Shown piece after piece: positions 1 to 12,180 of a stretch of DNA of 64,000 bases. This DNA is from Octopus bimaculoides. Taxonomy: Eukaryota. The stretch lies in contig NC_068994.1 of assembly GCF_001194135.2 (NCBI RefSeq), positions 26,752,632-26,816,631 of the forward strand. The letters run 5' to 3'. The notes under the pieces were generated by a model that was not told where the DNA came from, made no database searches, and worked only from the letters and a program-made list of their open reading frames with translations. Position numbers and translations under genes: made by a program. The first letter of the stretch is position 1. Each line of letters opens with the position of its first letter.

Positions 1-9
1 GCGATATTA

Positions 10-14
10 TTGCA

Positions 15-72
<58 letters not shown>

Positions 73-118
73 GTAGTAGTAGTAGTAGTAGTATTGATGA
101 TGACGATGATGATGATTG
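10..118. repeat. Compound (TAT)n/(TAG)n/(GAT)n microsatellite
   Basis: Directly visible trinucleotide runs. Confidence 0.95.
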
Positions 119-480
119 TGTGGTGTGTTGGCAGAAGTGTTAGAGCATTAAACAGAATATCTTGTAGAATATATTAACAGCCTTTATGTTCATATCCTGT
201 TGAGGGGAATGTTGCTTTTATATTTCTGGGATCAATAAAATAAAGCATCAGTCAAGTACAAGAGTTGATTGAATTGACTAAACTCCTCTCCACAAATTTC
301 TGGCCATGTGCCAATATCAAAAACGATTATTATTATAAAGGCAATGAGCTGAAGAATCATTAGTATTGGAAAAAATACTTTGAGGCATTTTTTTTGACTC
401 TCTATATTTTGAGTTCACATCCCACTAAAGTCAACGTCACTTTTCATTCTTTCTGGATCCATGAAGTAATATACTGGTGA
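119..480 (+). mobile_element. Two adjacent diverged copies of a tRNA-derived SINE (same family as 53076-53284)
   Basis: gtgttggcagaagtgttagagca head and tggccatgtgccaatatcaaaaacgattattatt tail, then a second head ggcaatgagctgaagaatcattag; colinear with the younger copy at 53076. Confidence 0.65.
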
Positions 481-569
481 AGTATTGTGTTTGATGTAAT
501 CAACAAAACCCCCATCTCAATGCCTGATCTTATACTGCTACCAACAAACTTTCTGTCTCACTTTTCTAT

Positions 570-660
570 AGAAATGAAAGAGAAAATTGAGGAGTACATC
601 AGAAGGGTGAGGAAGTTAATAGAGTCAAAACTAAATAATCCAAATCTAGTGCCATATTGT
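570..660 (+). mobile_element. Short R4/Dong-type RT remnant
   Basis: Translates EMKEKIEEYIRRVRKLIESKLNNPNLV, matching the MKEKIKKEYYR.VRSILKTELN segment of the R4 element at 37650-38170. Confidence 0.55.
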
Positions 661-1091
661 TAGCAAATCTAGACTATTACTATTTTTTGCCACTATCTTT
701 GCAAATCTGTCATGAAAAGCCTTCTCTTGCTAGTTGGATTTTATTCATTTTTCTGGTTTTTAACTACATTTGGCCTCTTAGTTTTCCTATCTCTGTCTCA
801 AATAGTTAGATGGGTACAAAGGTAATACAGACAGACAAGCATGCCCACACATACACACACAAATGAAGACTGAAACACATTACCATATACACACATGCAC
901 ACTTCACACACACACACACACTCAAGGACACATATGGAGACACACATCCATACATAACAGATATATGTACATAACCACACAAACCCATACACATAGACAC
1001 ACTCAAACATGCACACACAATAAGACACAGGTACATGCACAAATACACACACACAATCATGAACACATAAACACATGAATATGCAAAATAC

Positions 1092-1122
<31 letters not shown>

Positions 1123-1214
1123 CATGTATATATATATGCATACACACATACATACATGCATACACATATATGCATACATACATACATACATACGTATATA
1201 CATACATACATATA

Positions 1215-2445
1215 TACATGTCCACTCGTGACTGAAGAAGACCATTGCCGACCTTCAGGAACATTGTGCACTCTAGGACTAACTTATATTTTGCATTTGC
1301 GGCTCCGTTGGTGGCTAATGAGCCCTGCTCTTGACAAGCATGCACGACTGCAAACATTGCAGATTAAGCTTTCCTCATTCACTATATGAGCCGTGCGCTT
1401 TTGCGCAGCTCGCTTAAGTTCTTCATGCTGGATACGTGCTCTCTCAAAAGTGTCGATCCCCTCCTTAACCTACTTCCTCCATCTGTGGCGATGACAGGCA
1501 TTGTTCTCCCAGTCAGTGTCCTGCATATTACAGGCCTTTCATGAGGACTTGACACAGTCCTTAATTCGTAGCCTTGGTTTCTACCAGAGTCTCTTTCCAT
1601 TCACAAGTTCTCCATAGAGCATCTGCTTAGGAATCCTGCTATCCTTCATTCTAATAAGGTGTCCAGTCCAACGTAACCGGTGCTTGTGCACCATTGCCTC
1701 AATACTCAAGATATCAGCTGTCCTCAGGATCTGTATGTCTGGAATCTTTGAGGTCCAGCCAACATTGAGAATGTGGCTGAGACATCTCTGATGAAAGCGT
1801 TCAAGGACCCTTACCTGACGTTTGTACATAGTCCATGTTTCACACAAGTAGAGGAGCGATGTCAGTACACATGCACGGTACACAGCAACTATTCTTTGCC
1901 TTGCGATGCCATGCTGGGACCAGACATGAGACTGAAGAGACCGGAAGGAATTAGTTGCTCTCTGCAATCTGAAAGATATTTCCTCATCCAGTGAGCTAGA
2001 ACGGCTGAGTGTGCTGCCCAGGTAGACAAACTTATCTACTACCTTCAGAATTGTTCCTTCATAAAAGATAGCTGGTTCCATATATGAATTTCCTGGTGCA
2101 GGCTGGAACATTACAACAGTCTTGTCCAGGCTAATGCTGAGTCCAAATGCCTTGCAAGAAGCAGAAATGCAATTCATGAGTATTTGCATGTCATCCACTG
2201 TATGAGTGACTAAGTCACAGTCATCTGCATAAAGGAGGTCACGAATAATAGACTGGAGAACCTTTGAATTGGCAGCAAATCAGCGAAGATTAAAGAGGCA
2301 GCCAGAAGATCGATATCTGACATATATTCCCAGAAAGCTAACCTTAGCAAAAGCATGAGTGAAAGCAGCAGCAAAGTACAAAGAAAAGAGTTGGGGCAAG
2401 GATATCACCCTGCTTGACACCATTCTCTACAGGAATACATATATG
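1215..2445 (-). mobile_element. 5'-truncated RTE-clade LINE (ORF2 RT C-terminal half, 3' UTR and (TATG)n tail)
   Basis: PVENGVKQGDILAP near 2430; DLLYADDC near 2220; ORF 1581-2198 (KFVYLGSTLSR, LRWTGHLIRMKDSRIPKQMLYGEL); terminal [16 protein letters not shown] zinc-finger-like motif; frameshifted. Confidence 0.93.
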
Positions 2446-2867
2446 CATACATACATACATGCATATGTGTATACACATGCACACAAACAAATAAAAAGAA
2501 CTCAGCTCTGATAATGGACAGAGTCAACGACTATTGAAGATGTCGCAAGACACAATGAAAATTTTAGAAAAAATAAATAATTAAATGAGTGTAAATCGAA
2601 CTGGTGAGTATGTTAAGTAATAAGGCACTAAAAGAGAATGACTCTCCCCAGACACAATAAAATATGTCTTTTTTATTCTTACTAAAAAAAATTTCAGATC
2701 ATCCGTGTAGAGCAAATGGTTAATTTTTGCTTTACTATCTCTAAACTGATAAGCTGTGTTTGCCTTTCTTAATACTAAACTGAATGTGTAGGAGAGAAGA
2801 CTGTGTTGGTATGGTTATGTGATGTGTATGGATGAGGTCAGCTGTATAAAGAAGTATCAACCTCTAA

Positions 2868-3381
2868 CTGTGGGGACATAGGATGTGCTGGTGAAGCATG
2901 ATCTTCGAACATTGGGCTTCATGGAGGCAGGTACAAGTGACTGAGACCTTTGACAATATGCTGTACTTGAGAAGACCCATCAAGCCAAGTGAAATCGTAG
3001 TCATGGCTGGTGCTGGTGTCATATAACTCTCAGTGGCACGTAAAAGCACGCTTCGAACATTGGGCATCACGGAGGCAGTGATAAGTGACTGAGACATTTG
3101 GCAATATGCTGTGCTTGGGAAGATCCATCAAGCCAAGTAAAATCATAGTTGTGGCCAATGCCAGTGTCACGTAACTGTCACCTGTGCTGGTAGCACATAA
3201 AAACCACCCATTACACTCTTGGAGTGCTTGGTGTTAGGAAGGGCATCAAGTCATAGAAACCATGCCAAATCAGATTGAAACTTGATGTAACCCTCCAACT
3301 TACCAGTTTCAGTCAGACTGTCTAACCCACACCAGCATGGAAAGCAGACACTAAATGATGATGATGATGATGATGATGATA
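2868..3381 (+). mobile_element. RTE-X-type LINE 3' end with internal tandem duplication and (GAT)n tail
   Basis: gtgaagcatgatcttcgaacattggg (VKHDLRTLG) occurs twice; ttaggaagggcatc and ccagcatggaaagcagacactaaatgatgatg tail shared with other copies in the window. Confidence 0.85.
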
Positions 3382-3589
3382 ATAATAAAGAGTCTCCTTG
3401 GAAAATTACTATCTTGATATTAACTTGCCTTAAGGCTGTATCACCTGATCCACTTTCCATTTCCTCATGCTATAGCTAATTAAATCTCTTATGTTGTCTG
3501 CCATACTGAAAATATTCAAACATTTACTTATCCATCAGTGTGGCATCATATCATAGGCTTTCTTATCATCTATCCATACTATTGTTAAA

Positions 3590-3890
3590 TTTTTCTTTCT
3601 AGATTTCACTTCTTTTAGAGCTACTTTGTCTTTGTATAGTAGATCATGCTTCCCTTCTAGTCTTCTTCCTGCAACCTCGTGGAACTAAATTCTGGCTGTC
3701 AAGGTGCTCATAAATGCTTTCTGAAAGCATACCTGTTAACAACTTCTACATTAATGGTAAGCAAGTGGATGGTCTGTAATTACTGACTATATTGCCCCTG
3801 TTTTTGTCTTTCTTACAGTTCTCCTTCTAGTCACCCACTTAAGTACGGCTCCTCCATTCAGCTAATCCTGAAGTTGTTTCCTCAGTCTCC
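3590..3890 (+). mobile_element. Decayed CR1/L2-like RT fragment
   Basis: LDF...VDHASLLVFFL, FLKAYL and SSHPLKYG, resembling CR1 LDFSKAFDxVDH...LxSYL...SSSHPLKYGVPQG; stops and frameshifts. Confidence 0.5.
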
Positions 3891-3911
3891 TATGTAAGGT
3901 TTAAATTTTTT

Positions 3912-4240
3912 TTAACCATTATCATCATCATTTAACATCCATCTTCCATGTATGCATAGTAGGATGGTTGACAGGAGCTGACCTGGCAGAAAACTACCCC
4001 AGGCTGTTGTGTTAGTTTTGGCAGGGTTTTCAGCAAATTGGCCTTTTTCCCCCCACTTCTCTCCAACTACAGGCACATGCTCAGAAGGCCTGTTCATTTG
4101 CACCATTCTCGCCACTTGCATCCACCTTCCTAACACCAACCACTCTGCAAAGTGGACTCAGTGCTTTCTATGTGGTGCTAGCATAGGCAAGGTTAGTTTT
4201 GGCATGATTTGTACAGCTGGTGACACTTCCAAAGCCAACT
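3912..4240 (-). mobile_element. Non-autonomous element with RTE-X-like 3' tail, interrupted by an 85-bp Tx1 fragment
   Basis: catcatcatttaacatccatcttccatg and ttcctaacaccaaccact match the reverse complement of the RTE-X tail; insert at 4043-4128. Confidence 0.65.
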
Positions 4241-4249
4241 ACTTTACAG

Positions 4250-4700
4250 TGTGAACAAGATGCTTTTTATGTGGCACCTGATGTTGCATGTAGGATGGTT
4301 CTGGCTATCATCTGAATCCATTGTAAAGATTGTCCCACCACCTTCCTTTAGCCAGGAAGGGAAAGCTGTGTTTATATGCCTGATAGCCATGGCAAAAGAG
4401 ATTGTATGGTGGATAAGAAAGACTAAAGGGGCTGAAGACAAACACTTCTCTCTTTGGCCAATCCTTGATCAACTTCTCCAAGTTTCACTTGAAAAGGAAA
4501 ATGAGGGTAGAGTGGGAAGTCTTGTGTTCTAGCCAATTTGCTCAAAGGTGGATGAAAGTGGTGAGAATGGTGTAAATGAACAGGCATTCTGAGCATGTGC
4601 CTGTAGTTGGAGAAGAGGGGGGGAAGGCACCTGGGGGAAAAAAGTCAGGGTACCCATGGTTTTTATGGGTTTTTTCCATGAGCAGCCCTCGAAGTCTCCT
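4250..4700 (+). mobile_element. L1/Tx1-clade LINE 3' fragment (copy 1)
   Basis: WLSSESIVKIVPPPSFSQEGKAVFICLIAMAKEIVWW, paralogous to 5876-6067. Confidence 0.8.
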
Positions 4701-4784
4701 CACTATTGAGGATTACTCATTGTTAAATTCATTTTTTTTTTTATTATGTTAAGCTTCATTTACATGCAAAGCCCTCACAACAAC

Positions 4785-6440
4785 ACACACTCACACTCCT
4801 CCCTCCTGTACATATTGATTCTCGAGCCATTACTGCAGAAGCTGGAGGCTTTGAAGGGTGTCCCACATTATCTGGGATGTGGAAGGAGGGTGTCTGCCTA
4901 TGCCAATGACGCCACCGTGATGGTGTTGAGCCTCAGGCACATTGACCTGATTGGCGAGATGCTAGGCGAGTATGAAGCAGTGACAAGTGTGAAAATTAAA
5001 GTGGAAAAATTGGTGGGCTTGCAACAGGGCACCTGGAGGGGCAAGTCCATGTCATCCAACAGCGTTGTGGGTCACTGGACAGATGGTCCCGTTAAATTTC
5101 TCGGAGTCTGGTTTGGTTCGGACTTCCTGGTGGAAAAAAATTGGGATGAGGTGACAAACAGGGTGACCAATCTCATCCAGAAATGGGCTGAGAAAAGCTG
5201 TCCCTGAAAGGATGAGCCAAGGTGGCAAATGCATACATTGCATCCATCACCTATTACCGCATGACCGTCATCCGTTTTCCCGACCGCTGGTTGGCCAAGC
5301 TGGTGCGTTTGCTCTCCAACTTTCTGTGGAAGGGTCAGGTACCACTGGTCAGGTGCTCCATCTGCTGTCAACAACTGCTGAATGGAGGCCTTGGCATGCC
5401 GTGGTTGCTGATGCACAGACATGCACTCAGGCTGTGGTATCTCAAGTGTTTCCTGGATGGTGAACAGGTGTGGTTGCTGTTTGTCAGACTCTCCTTTCCC
5501 CAGCTCGTCTCGTTGACCGAGCTGCAATCTTGGATCAAGCATAGACTGCTTGGCACCTCAAGTGCCATCAAGTTCTCACCACCGTCCACCAGGCAGGCAA
5601 TGCGATCGGTAGTAGTTCCACTCTAGCATTCTATTGAGAGTTAGTGCAGGAAAAGTGTGACAACGTTCTCGGGGAAACTCTAGGCATTGACGATGACCAG
5701 CTAAGCAGTCTGTTTGGGAGAACTTTCAGGTCAGAGTCCATGGATAACTTCCAAAAGTCCCTCACCTGGTAGTGCTGCCTGTTCAGGATAAACTCTACCA
5801 GCACTGAAGTGCTGTCAGCTGGGCCTGCCCGAGGTGTGCTAAGAGAGACAAAACCATTCTGCACGCACTCGTCTAGTGCTCGAACAGCTACTGTCACATA
5901 TAAGATGGATCTGGCTATCAGCTGAATCCATAGTGAAGATTGGCCTGCCTACCTCCTTTAACCAGGAGGGCAAGGCAATTTTCATTTGTCTGGTGGCTGT
6001 AGCGAAAGAGGTGGTATGGTGGACCTGTTTGAAAGGGCTAAAGTCAGACATTTCCTCTTTGGCCTAGGTTTTATCAGCTTTTTCAAGTTCTACTTGAAAA
6101 GGAAGGTGAGAATAAAGACAGAAGTGCTGTCTTGTAGCAAATTTGTTGAAGGGTGAGTGAATGTCAGAAGAATGGCCAGTATGGATGGACCAATTCTGAG
6201 AATACACCTGCGAAAAAAAAAGGTATAAAACGGAGAAAGGGCTCTTGCTCTGTTGACCAGGCGCCTGTGGTTTTTATGGGTTTTTCCACGAGTAACCTTC
6301 AAAGTGCCACCCCCTTTTGGGAGTTCTTTTTCCTTGTTATAATTTCATCACGGACCTTTATTTTTGCAAAACCTTTTGTTTTATCGTCCTTTGTTTGTCC
6401 TTACATGTTTTGATTTATATTAGCCCTTGTGGCCAATAAC
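4785..6440 (+). mobile_element. 5'-truncated L1/Tx1-clade LINE: ORF2 RT to C-terminus plus 3' UTR (copy 2)
   Basis: SLLYILILEPLLQKL...VSAYANDATV (YADD-like), GPVKFLGVWFG, LLNGGLGMP; 3' end gcccttgtggccaataa followed by (ATT)n; stops and frameshifts. Confidence 0.9.
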
Positions 6441-6449
6441 CCAGAATTA

Positions 6450-6526
<77 letters not shown>

Positions 6527-6807
6527 TAATAACAGCTGAATATTCTTTTTTAAGTATCACTGTTAGATAATATGCAACTATTAATAAAAAGAATATATTA
6601 TACTCTGCTCGTTAAGATTGAGTTTTCTTTTAATTAATATTACTTTCAATTCATATGCATACACAAACACCCACTTTAACATACAAAGCAAGACAATACT
6701 GAATAATGTACAGTTATTTATATACTAATTTAAAATGATTTTTATGTGTACATGCATGTCTATTTATGTATCTGTAAGTGTTGGTATATGTAAATGTATG
6801 TGACATT

Positions 6808-7010
6808 GATGTTTAGCCCCAGGTTTGGCCTGACCTTGCAGACTATGATCAAGAGCATTCCAACCATAAACAACCAGGTTTTTTTATTCAAGTCTAATGT
6901 ATCCTGGACTACAATATCCAATATGTCCATGTGAAACCAGTAGGGTATGGTATGAGGGAAATTTGGCTGCTATTACAAGCAAATAGAGTAATCCTATTGC
7001 ATCTTTCTTA
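6808..7010 (+). mobile_element. SINE-like dispersed repeat (tttagccccagg...gagggaaatttggctgctatt family; related copies near 7530, 31220, 34900)
   Basis: The same motif order recurs several times in the window. Confidence 0.55.
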
Positions 7011-7309
7011 TCAGCTTGTGTTGACTGTTTTGTATCAATGTGTGTTTTACATTTGTAAGTATTTATTTGCTTCTCTATAACAATGTATGCATGCATGTAT
7101 GTGTATGTTACTGTATATGCTAATGAATATCAATGTGTTGAGCAATATTTTAATTTATGCATGTGTATATCCATGTATAAAGCTATTTTTTATTGTGTGT
7201 CTGTATGAATACGTTAATATGTGTGTGTTTATGACTCTATACAAGTATGCATGTATTAGTGCATTACGTATGTGTAGCAATGTCTGAGTCTGCATGTGTG
7301 TGTGTATTT

Positions 7310-7310
<1 letters not shown>

Positions 7311-7393
<83 letters not shown>

Positions 7394-7406
7394 ACACACA
7401 CACACA
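7311..7406. repeat. (CA)n microsatellite
   Basis: Visible dinucleotide run. Confidence 0.95.
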
Positions 7407-8166
7407 GCTGAATGTTTAAATATGATTAATTGCTGTAAATTAAATGTTAATTTTAGTTCCTCGATCAGTGAAAGATATGAGGGGGGAGGAGGGCTACAGT
7501 TAGTAGAAATGGAAGATGTGTGTGATGTTATTTAGCCCCTGTGCACACCTATTATTAAAGACAATCTAATCATGACCATCCCATTTTTTTTTTATATTTG
7601 AGACAACATACAGTCAAATGTGTGTCCTTCATGATTTAGCTGGAACAGTGTTATTTGAGGGAGATCTGGTTGCTATATTTAGTAAGACCAGTGTGTAGGG
7701 ACTTCCTTAGTGGTTGGTGTGCAATGGTGTTGGTAGACAAGAGATGTAGCTAAATGGATTAGATGTATTTAAGTTCAAAACAGGAGCAGATTAAAAAATG
7801 AGACATAAATAAAGTACATGATTGATAAACTTTTACTGATTAATGGTGAATGATTGAAGTTGAAGAGGTTAGAGACTGAAAAGAGATTAATTAGTGGTAG
7901 AACAAGATTATGGAACTGTGTATGTGTATGCATAGTGGTTTGGATGCTGATCATTATGTATGTCTGAATGTATGTATAAGTGTATGTGTGTGTGTTTGTG
8001 AGTGTCTGTATATGTATGTGCATATGTCTGTGAGTGTATGTGTGTGTAACTTTACATATATTCACGCATGTATTTATTTATTTATTTATTTATCTATTTA
8101 TTTTCTTTGAGATTTATTTAAGCTTTTCTTCATAGAATTCAAGTCTGACACTAACAAAAAGTTAAA

Positions 8167-8371
8167 GCTTTTATCTTTCACTTGTTTCAGTCATTTCACT
8201 GCAGCCATGTTGGGGCACCACCTTGAAGGGTTTTAGTTGAACAAATCGACCCCAGGACTTATTTAAGCCTAGTACTTATTGTGTTGGTCTCTTTTGCTGA
8301 ACCACTTGGTTACGAGAGGTAAGCACACCAACACCAGTTGTGAAGCAGTGGTGGGGATCAAACACAAAGAC

Positions 8372-8372
<1 letters not shown>
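8167..8372 (-). mobile_element. 3' half of the abundant tRNA-derived SINE
   Basis: cttgtttcagtcatttcactgcagccatgttggggcacc...tcgaccccaggactta...caccagttgtgaagcagtggtgggg; also at 12040-12180 and 13510-13690. Confidence 0.8.
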
Positions 8373-8412
<40 letters not shown>

Positions 8413-8415
<3 letters not shown>

Positions 8416-9357
8416 TCATCATCATCATCGTTTATCGTCCGCCTTCCATGCTAGCATGGGTTGGACGATTTGACTGAGGACTGGCGAACCAGATGGCTGC
8501 ACCAGGCTCCAATCTGATCTGGCAGAGTTTCTACAGCTGCATGCCCTTCCTAACGCCAACCACTCCGAGAGTGTAATGTGTACTTTCATGTGCCACTGGC
8601 ACGAGGGCCAGTCAGGCGGTACAGGCAACTGCCATGCTCAAAATGGTGTTTTTTACGTGCTACCTGCACAGGAGCCAGTCTAGCAGCACTGGCAATGACC
8701 TCGCTCGCATGTTTTTTCATGTGCCACTGGCACAAGTACCAGTAAGGCAATGCTGGTAACGATCATGCTCAATTGGTGCTATTTATGTGTCACTGGCACG
8801 GAAGCCAGACAGCCTCTCTGGCAATGATCATGCTCGGACGGTGCTCTTAGTGCTCTACTGGCACAGGTCCCAGTCATCGAATTTGGTTCAATCACGATTT
8901 TGATTTCACTCGCCCAACAGGTCTTCGCAAGTTGAGTTTAGTGTCCAATGAAGGAGAGGTTGGCATGGGTGCCAGTCATTGTATTTGGTTCGATTTCAAT
9001 TTCATTTGCCTTAATAGGTTTTCGCAAGCAGAGTTTAGTGTCCAATGAAGGAAAGGTACACTTAGGTGGGCTGGCTACACCCCTGGCAGAGGCCTCGGAT
9101 TATGATCTCACTTGGCTTGCCGGGTCTTCTCACGCACTGCATATTTCCAAAGGTCTCAGTCACAAGTCATTGCCTCAGTGAGGCCAAATGTTCGAAGGTC
9201 GTGCTTCACCACCTCATCCCAGGTCTTCCTGGGTCTACCTCTTCCACAGGTTCCCTCAACCGCAAGAGTGTTGTACTTTTTCACACAGCTATCCTCATCC
9301 ATTCTCACCACATGACCATACCAGCGCAATCGTCTCTCTTGCACACCACAACTGATG

Positions 9358-9358
<1 letters not shown>
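8413..9358 (-). mobile_element. RTE-X-type LINE 3' portion (ORF2 end and repetitive 3' UTR)
   Basis: RLRWYGHVVRMDEDSCVKKYNTLAVEGTCGRGRPRKTWDEVVKHDLRTFG; (GAT)n tail at 8413-8428. Confidence 0.9.
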
Positions 9359-9388
<30 letters not shown>

Positions 9389-9477
9389 NNNNNNNNNNNN
9401 ACCATATGTGTGTGTGTGTGTATATATATACATATATATATATATATATGTATATATATACACACACACACACATAT

Positions 9478-9615
9478 GGTGGACTTCTTTCAGTTTCTAT
9501 CCACCAAATACACTCACAAGGCTTTGGTCAGCCTGAGGCTATAGTAGTAGACACTTGCCCAAAGTGCCATGCAGTGAGACTAAACCTGGAACCATGTGGT
9601 TGGGAAGCAAGCTTC
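9478..9615 (-). mobile_element. SINE tRNA-like head, 5' end cut by the adjacent zinc-knuckle element
   Basis: agaagcttgcttcccaaccacatggttccaggtttagtctcactgcatggcactttgggcaagtgtc on the minus strand. Confidence 0.8.
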
Positions 9616-10510
9616 TTTATTTCAATATTTTTGCCATAAAGGCATTACACAGAGGGGACACTTCAACACATGTGGGGACATATAACAATTAAAAATATAA
9701 AAATAAAATATGATATAATGAATGATACATGAAAATGCACGTGAATAACAAATTAGAAATATGATAACATGAATGATATCTGAAAATGATATTATGAAGA
9801 GTGTGCTACTCACCCCACACTGAGTAACGCCACTCACTGCCTCTGAGTCCTAAGTCCTTTTTTCTTTCAGTTCAAACCTTTTCCCTCTTTCTCCATCACT
9901 TAATGATATCGTTCTCTCCTCCATGCATTCATAACCTTTTACACCGGGAGTGGGGTCTTCTAAATTTTGTGGTGTCTGGTCTTTTTTTTCTTTTTTTTTT
10001 TCTTGTGGGGTAATGGAGTGGGTGGGTTTGGTGTTTGTATGGGGAGGGTGGGTCTGAGTGGTCTTGAGTGGGATGGAGTTGGACTGGGGTACCACATCAT
10101 ACTCAGTGTCTTTTCTCTTTTTTCCTCTTTCTCCTTCTGCTCTTTGAAACTTTCCAGACTTCCTCTTTTTTCTCCTTTCCTCCATCTGTCTTTCCCGCCT
10201 CTCTTTTCTCGTCCGTCTCCACGACTGTATCTTCAACCATTGTCCTCTGTATGGGGCAGTATGCTCTAATGTGGCCCTTTTGGCCACATTTAAAACAACA
10301 TGGTACTCTGCCCTCTACCCACACCCTCAGCACGATCTCCCCCAGCGTCACCGTCTCTGCCAAGTTCTCAAGATGACCCGCCTTCGCTTGAATGATTAGT
10401 TCCAGTGTCCTTCCTTTCCACCATCCTTCTTCTGTTTCTGTGGTTTGGAGGACAGCTACCTTCTCCTTGCTTCCAACAAGGACAGCTGATGCCACCCAAG
10501 CTACTTCTAT
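9616..10510 (-). mobile_element. Non-LTR-type element carrying only a gag-like ORF1 (CCHC knuckle) followed directly by a 3' UTR and AATAAA
   Basis: ORF 10103-10495 RVWVEGRVPCCFKCGQKGHIRAYCP (CX2CX4HX4C); frameshifted basic tail to 9850; about 230 nt UTR ending gcctttatggcaaaaatattgaaataaa; no EN or RT. Confidence 0.7.
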
Positions 10511-10599
10511 TTGATAATAAGTAGAAATGAAAATTTATTTGCTGGGTACAAGAGCTGTAAATCCAAATTCATCATCATATGGGACATTCAGTTAACACA

Positions 10600-11000
10600 A
10601 ACCTCACGTCTCAAGAGTTTGTGATTTTACAACACCACAACAAGGTCTCACCATTCTTATCCTGAATCTCTAGTAATGATGTCTAGATAGGAGAGGTTAT
10701 GACTTTCCCCACCTTTTGGTCGAGATCTTTAAAAGACAAATGATTATGCTAGCTAATGTAACTCTAAAGTAGTGGCCAAAATATAACACTCATTTATCTT
10801 CCTGTTTGCAAGATGAGTAAGAAACACTATAATTTGTTTCATGATGGATGCATTTTTTATAAATGATTTTATATCCTACAAATGTAACCATAATCTCTTC
10901 GATCTTGAAACTTTATATGAAGAGTTCATATCTATCAGCTATAAAGCAAAGCTAGTTTCATTCCTACATTGTGTCTAGTACTATCTCATGATGTTGTGAA
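10600..11000 (-). mobile_element. Possible highly decayed Penelope-like RT fragment
   Basis: LSYLDIITRDSG and KNGETLLWCCKITNS resemble PLE LPFLD(V/I)xI and WYRKPTxS motifs; many stops. Confidence 0.3.
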
Positions 11001-12104
11001 ATTACCTGAGGGCAGCTCAAGGTTATCAACAAAAGGGTGTGGGTGACATTAATTTTTTCATTCATCTTCAAAACCTATCATGAGACTTTTGCATTTTCTT
11101 AGTAGTGTCTATTGTAGTAGCCTGATAACCTAAATATGTTAGCTGTATTCATATATGTATTCATACATGTATGTTCTATTCTGCTTTTAATTATTTGAAT
11201 TCTTCCTCTAGAGAAGAAACTGGTTTCTAACAAAGATACAAAGCTTCATTATTGGAATGTTGACAAGAAAGACAAATTCATGTTTAAAACTTGAGAAAAG
11301 CCTTGCACATTTTTACTGTTCCACTTACAGATTGTATTTATAATGTCTGAGTTAGTTGGTTGATGTCTGCTTGCCTGTCTTCCTGCCTGCCTGTATGTAC
11401 GTATGTATGTATGTATCCGTGCATGCACGCATGTACATAGCTTCAGCACACAAAACTATTGTTCTTAAAAAGAACATTACTATTAAATGTGGCAGGAATG
11501 TGCATTGGCCTGCCAAGTATGAACACATATATTATGTATAATACTATATTTCTGTGCTATAGCAATTTGTACATATGTTGGACTACTTTGAACTCGGAAC
11601 TGTTTTCTCTTAGGGTTTCTGTAATGCTATATAATGTATTTACTTTTATTGTTCTGCTAATCTTTTTGCTATTAGTAAATATATTTTCATATTGTTTGTG
11701 TTATAACAAACTACAAGAAGACTCCTGGTGTGAGGCTTCTGTTGAGTTTTGAACCATCACACTTAGATTCCTTAGCTCAAGGTCATAGCGTTCCATTACT
11801 GATATAAGAGGCAAGACAAGTTTAGGAAAATTATGTTGCCATTAAAAACATTAATGCCTACATAAAAATGGCTTAGCAAATCAGATCAGCTGGTATGTAA
11901 CCAAGTGAAATGAAATCATTCCACCAAATAGCGTGTTTAAATTTTTTAGAAACCCTATGGAGCATTATAAAAGCTGGGATACGGGGTTCTCAGGCAAGTA
12001 CTATAGCTCTGGTCTTGTGAGTAGATTTGATAGATGGAAACTGAAAGAAGCTCATTGTACTCTTCAAGGTGGTGCCCCAGCATGGCCGTTGTCTGATGAC
12101 TGAA

Positions 12105-12180
12105 GCAAGTAAAAGATAAACGAATATACATGCAAGTAAAAGATAAACGAATATACATGCAAGTAAAAGGTAAACAAATA
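12105..12180 (+). repeat. 27-bp tandem repeat (gcaagtaaaagataaacgaatatacat, about 2.7 copies) forming a SINE tail
   Basis: Direct reading; follows ccagcatggccgttgtctgatgactgaa. Confidence 0.85.

Noticed and set aside
569-660. Apparent exon after a strong acceptor (cttttctatag|AAATGAAAGAG)
   Set aside because: The peptide matches the R4/Dong RT segment seen at 37650-38170.
798-1271. Long C/V/Y/M/I- or H/T-rich ORFs here and throughout the ORF track
   Set aside because: Translations of (GT)n, (AT)n and (CA)n microsatellites; no coding signal.
3819-3893. Apparent 75-bp exon with good acceptor (tctttcttacag) and donor (gtaagg)
   Set aside because: Lies in a CR1-like RT remnant (SSHPLKYG); exonisation cannot be excluded but is unsupported.
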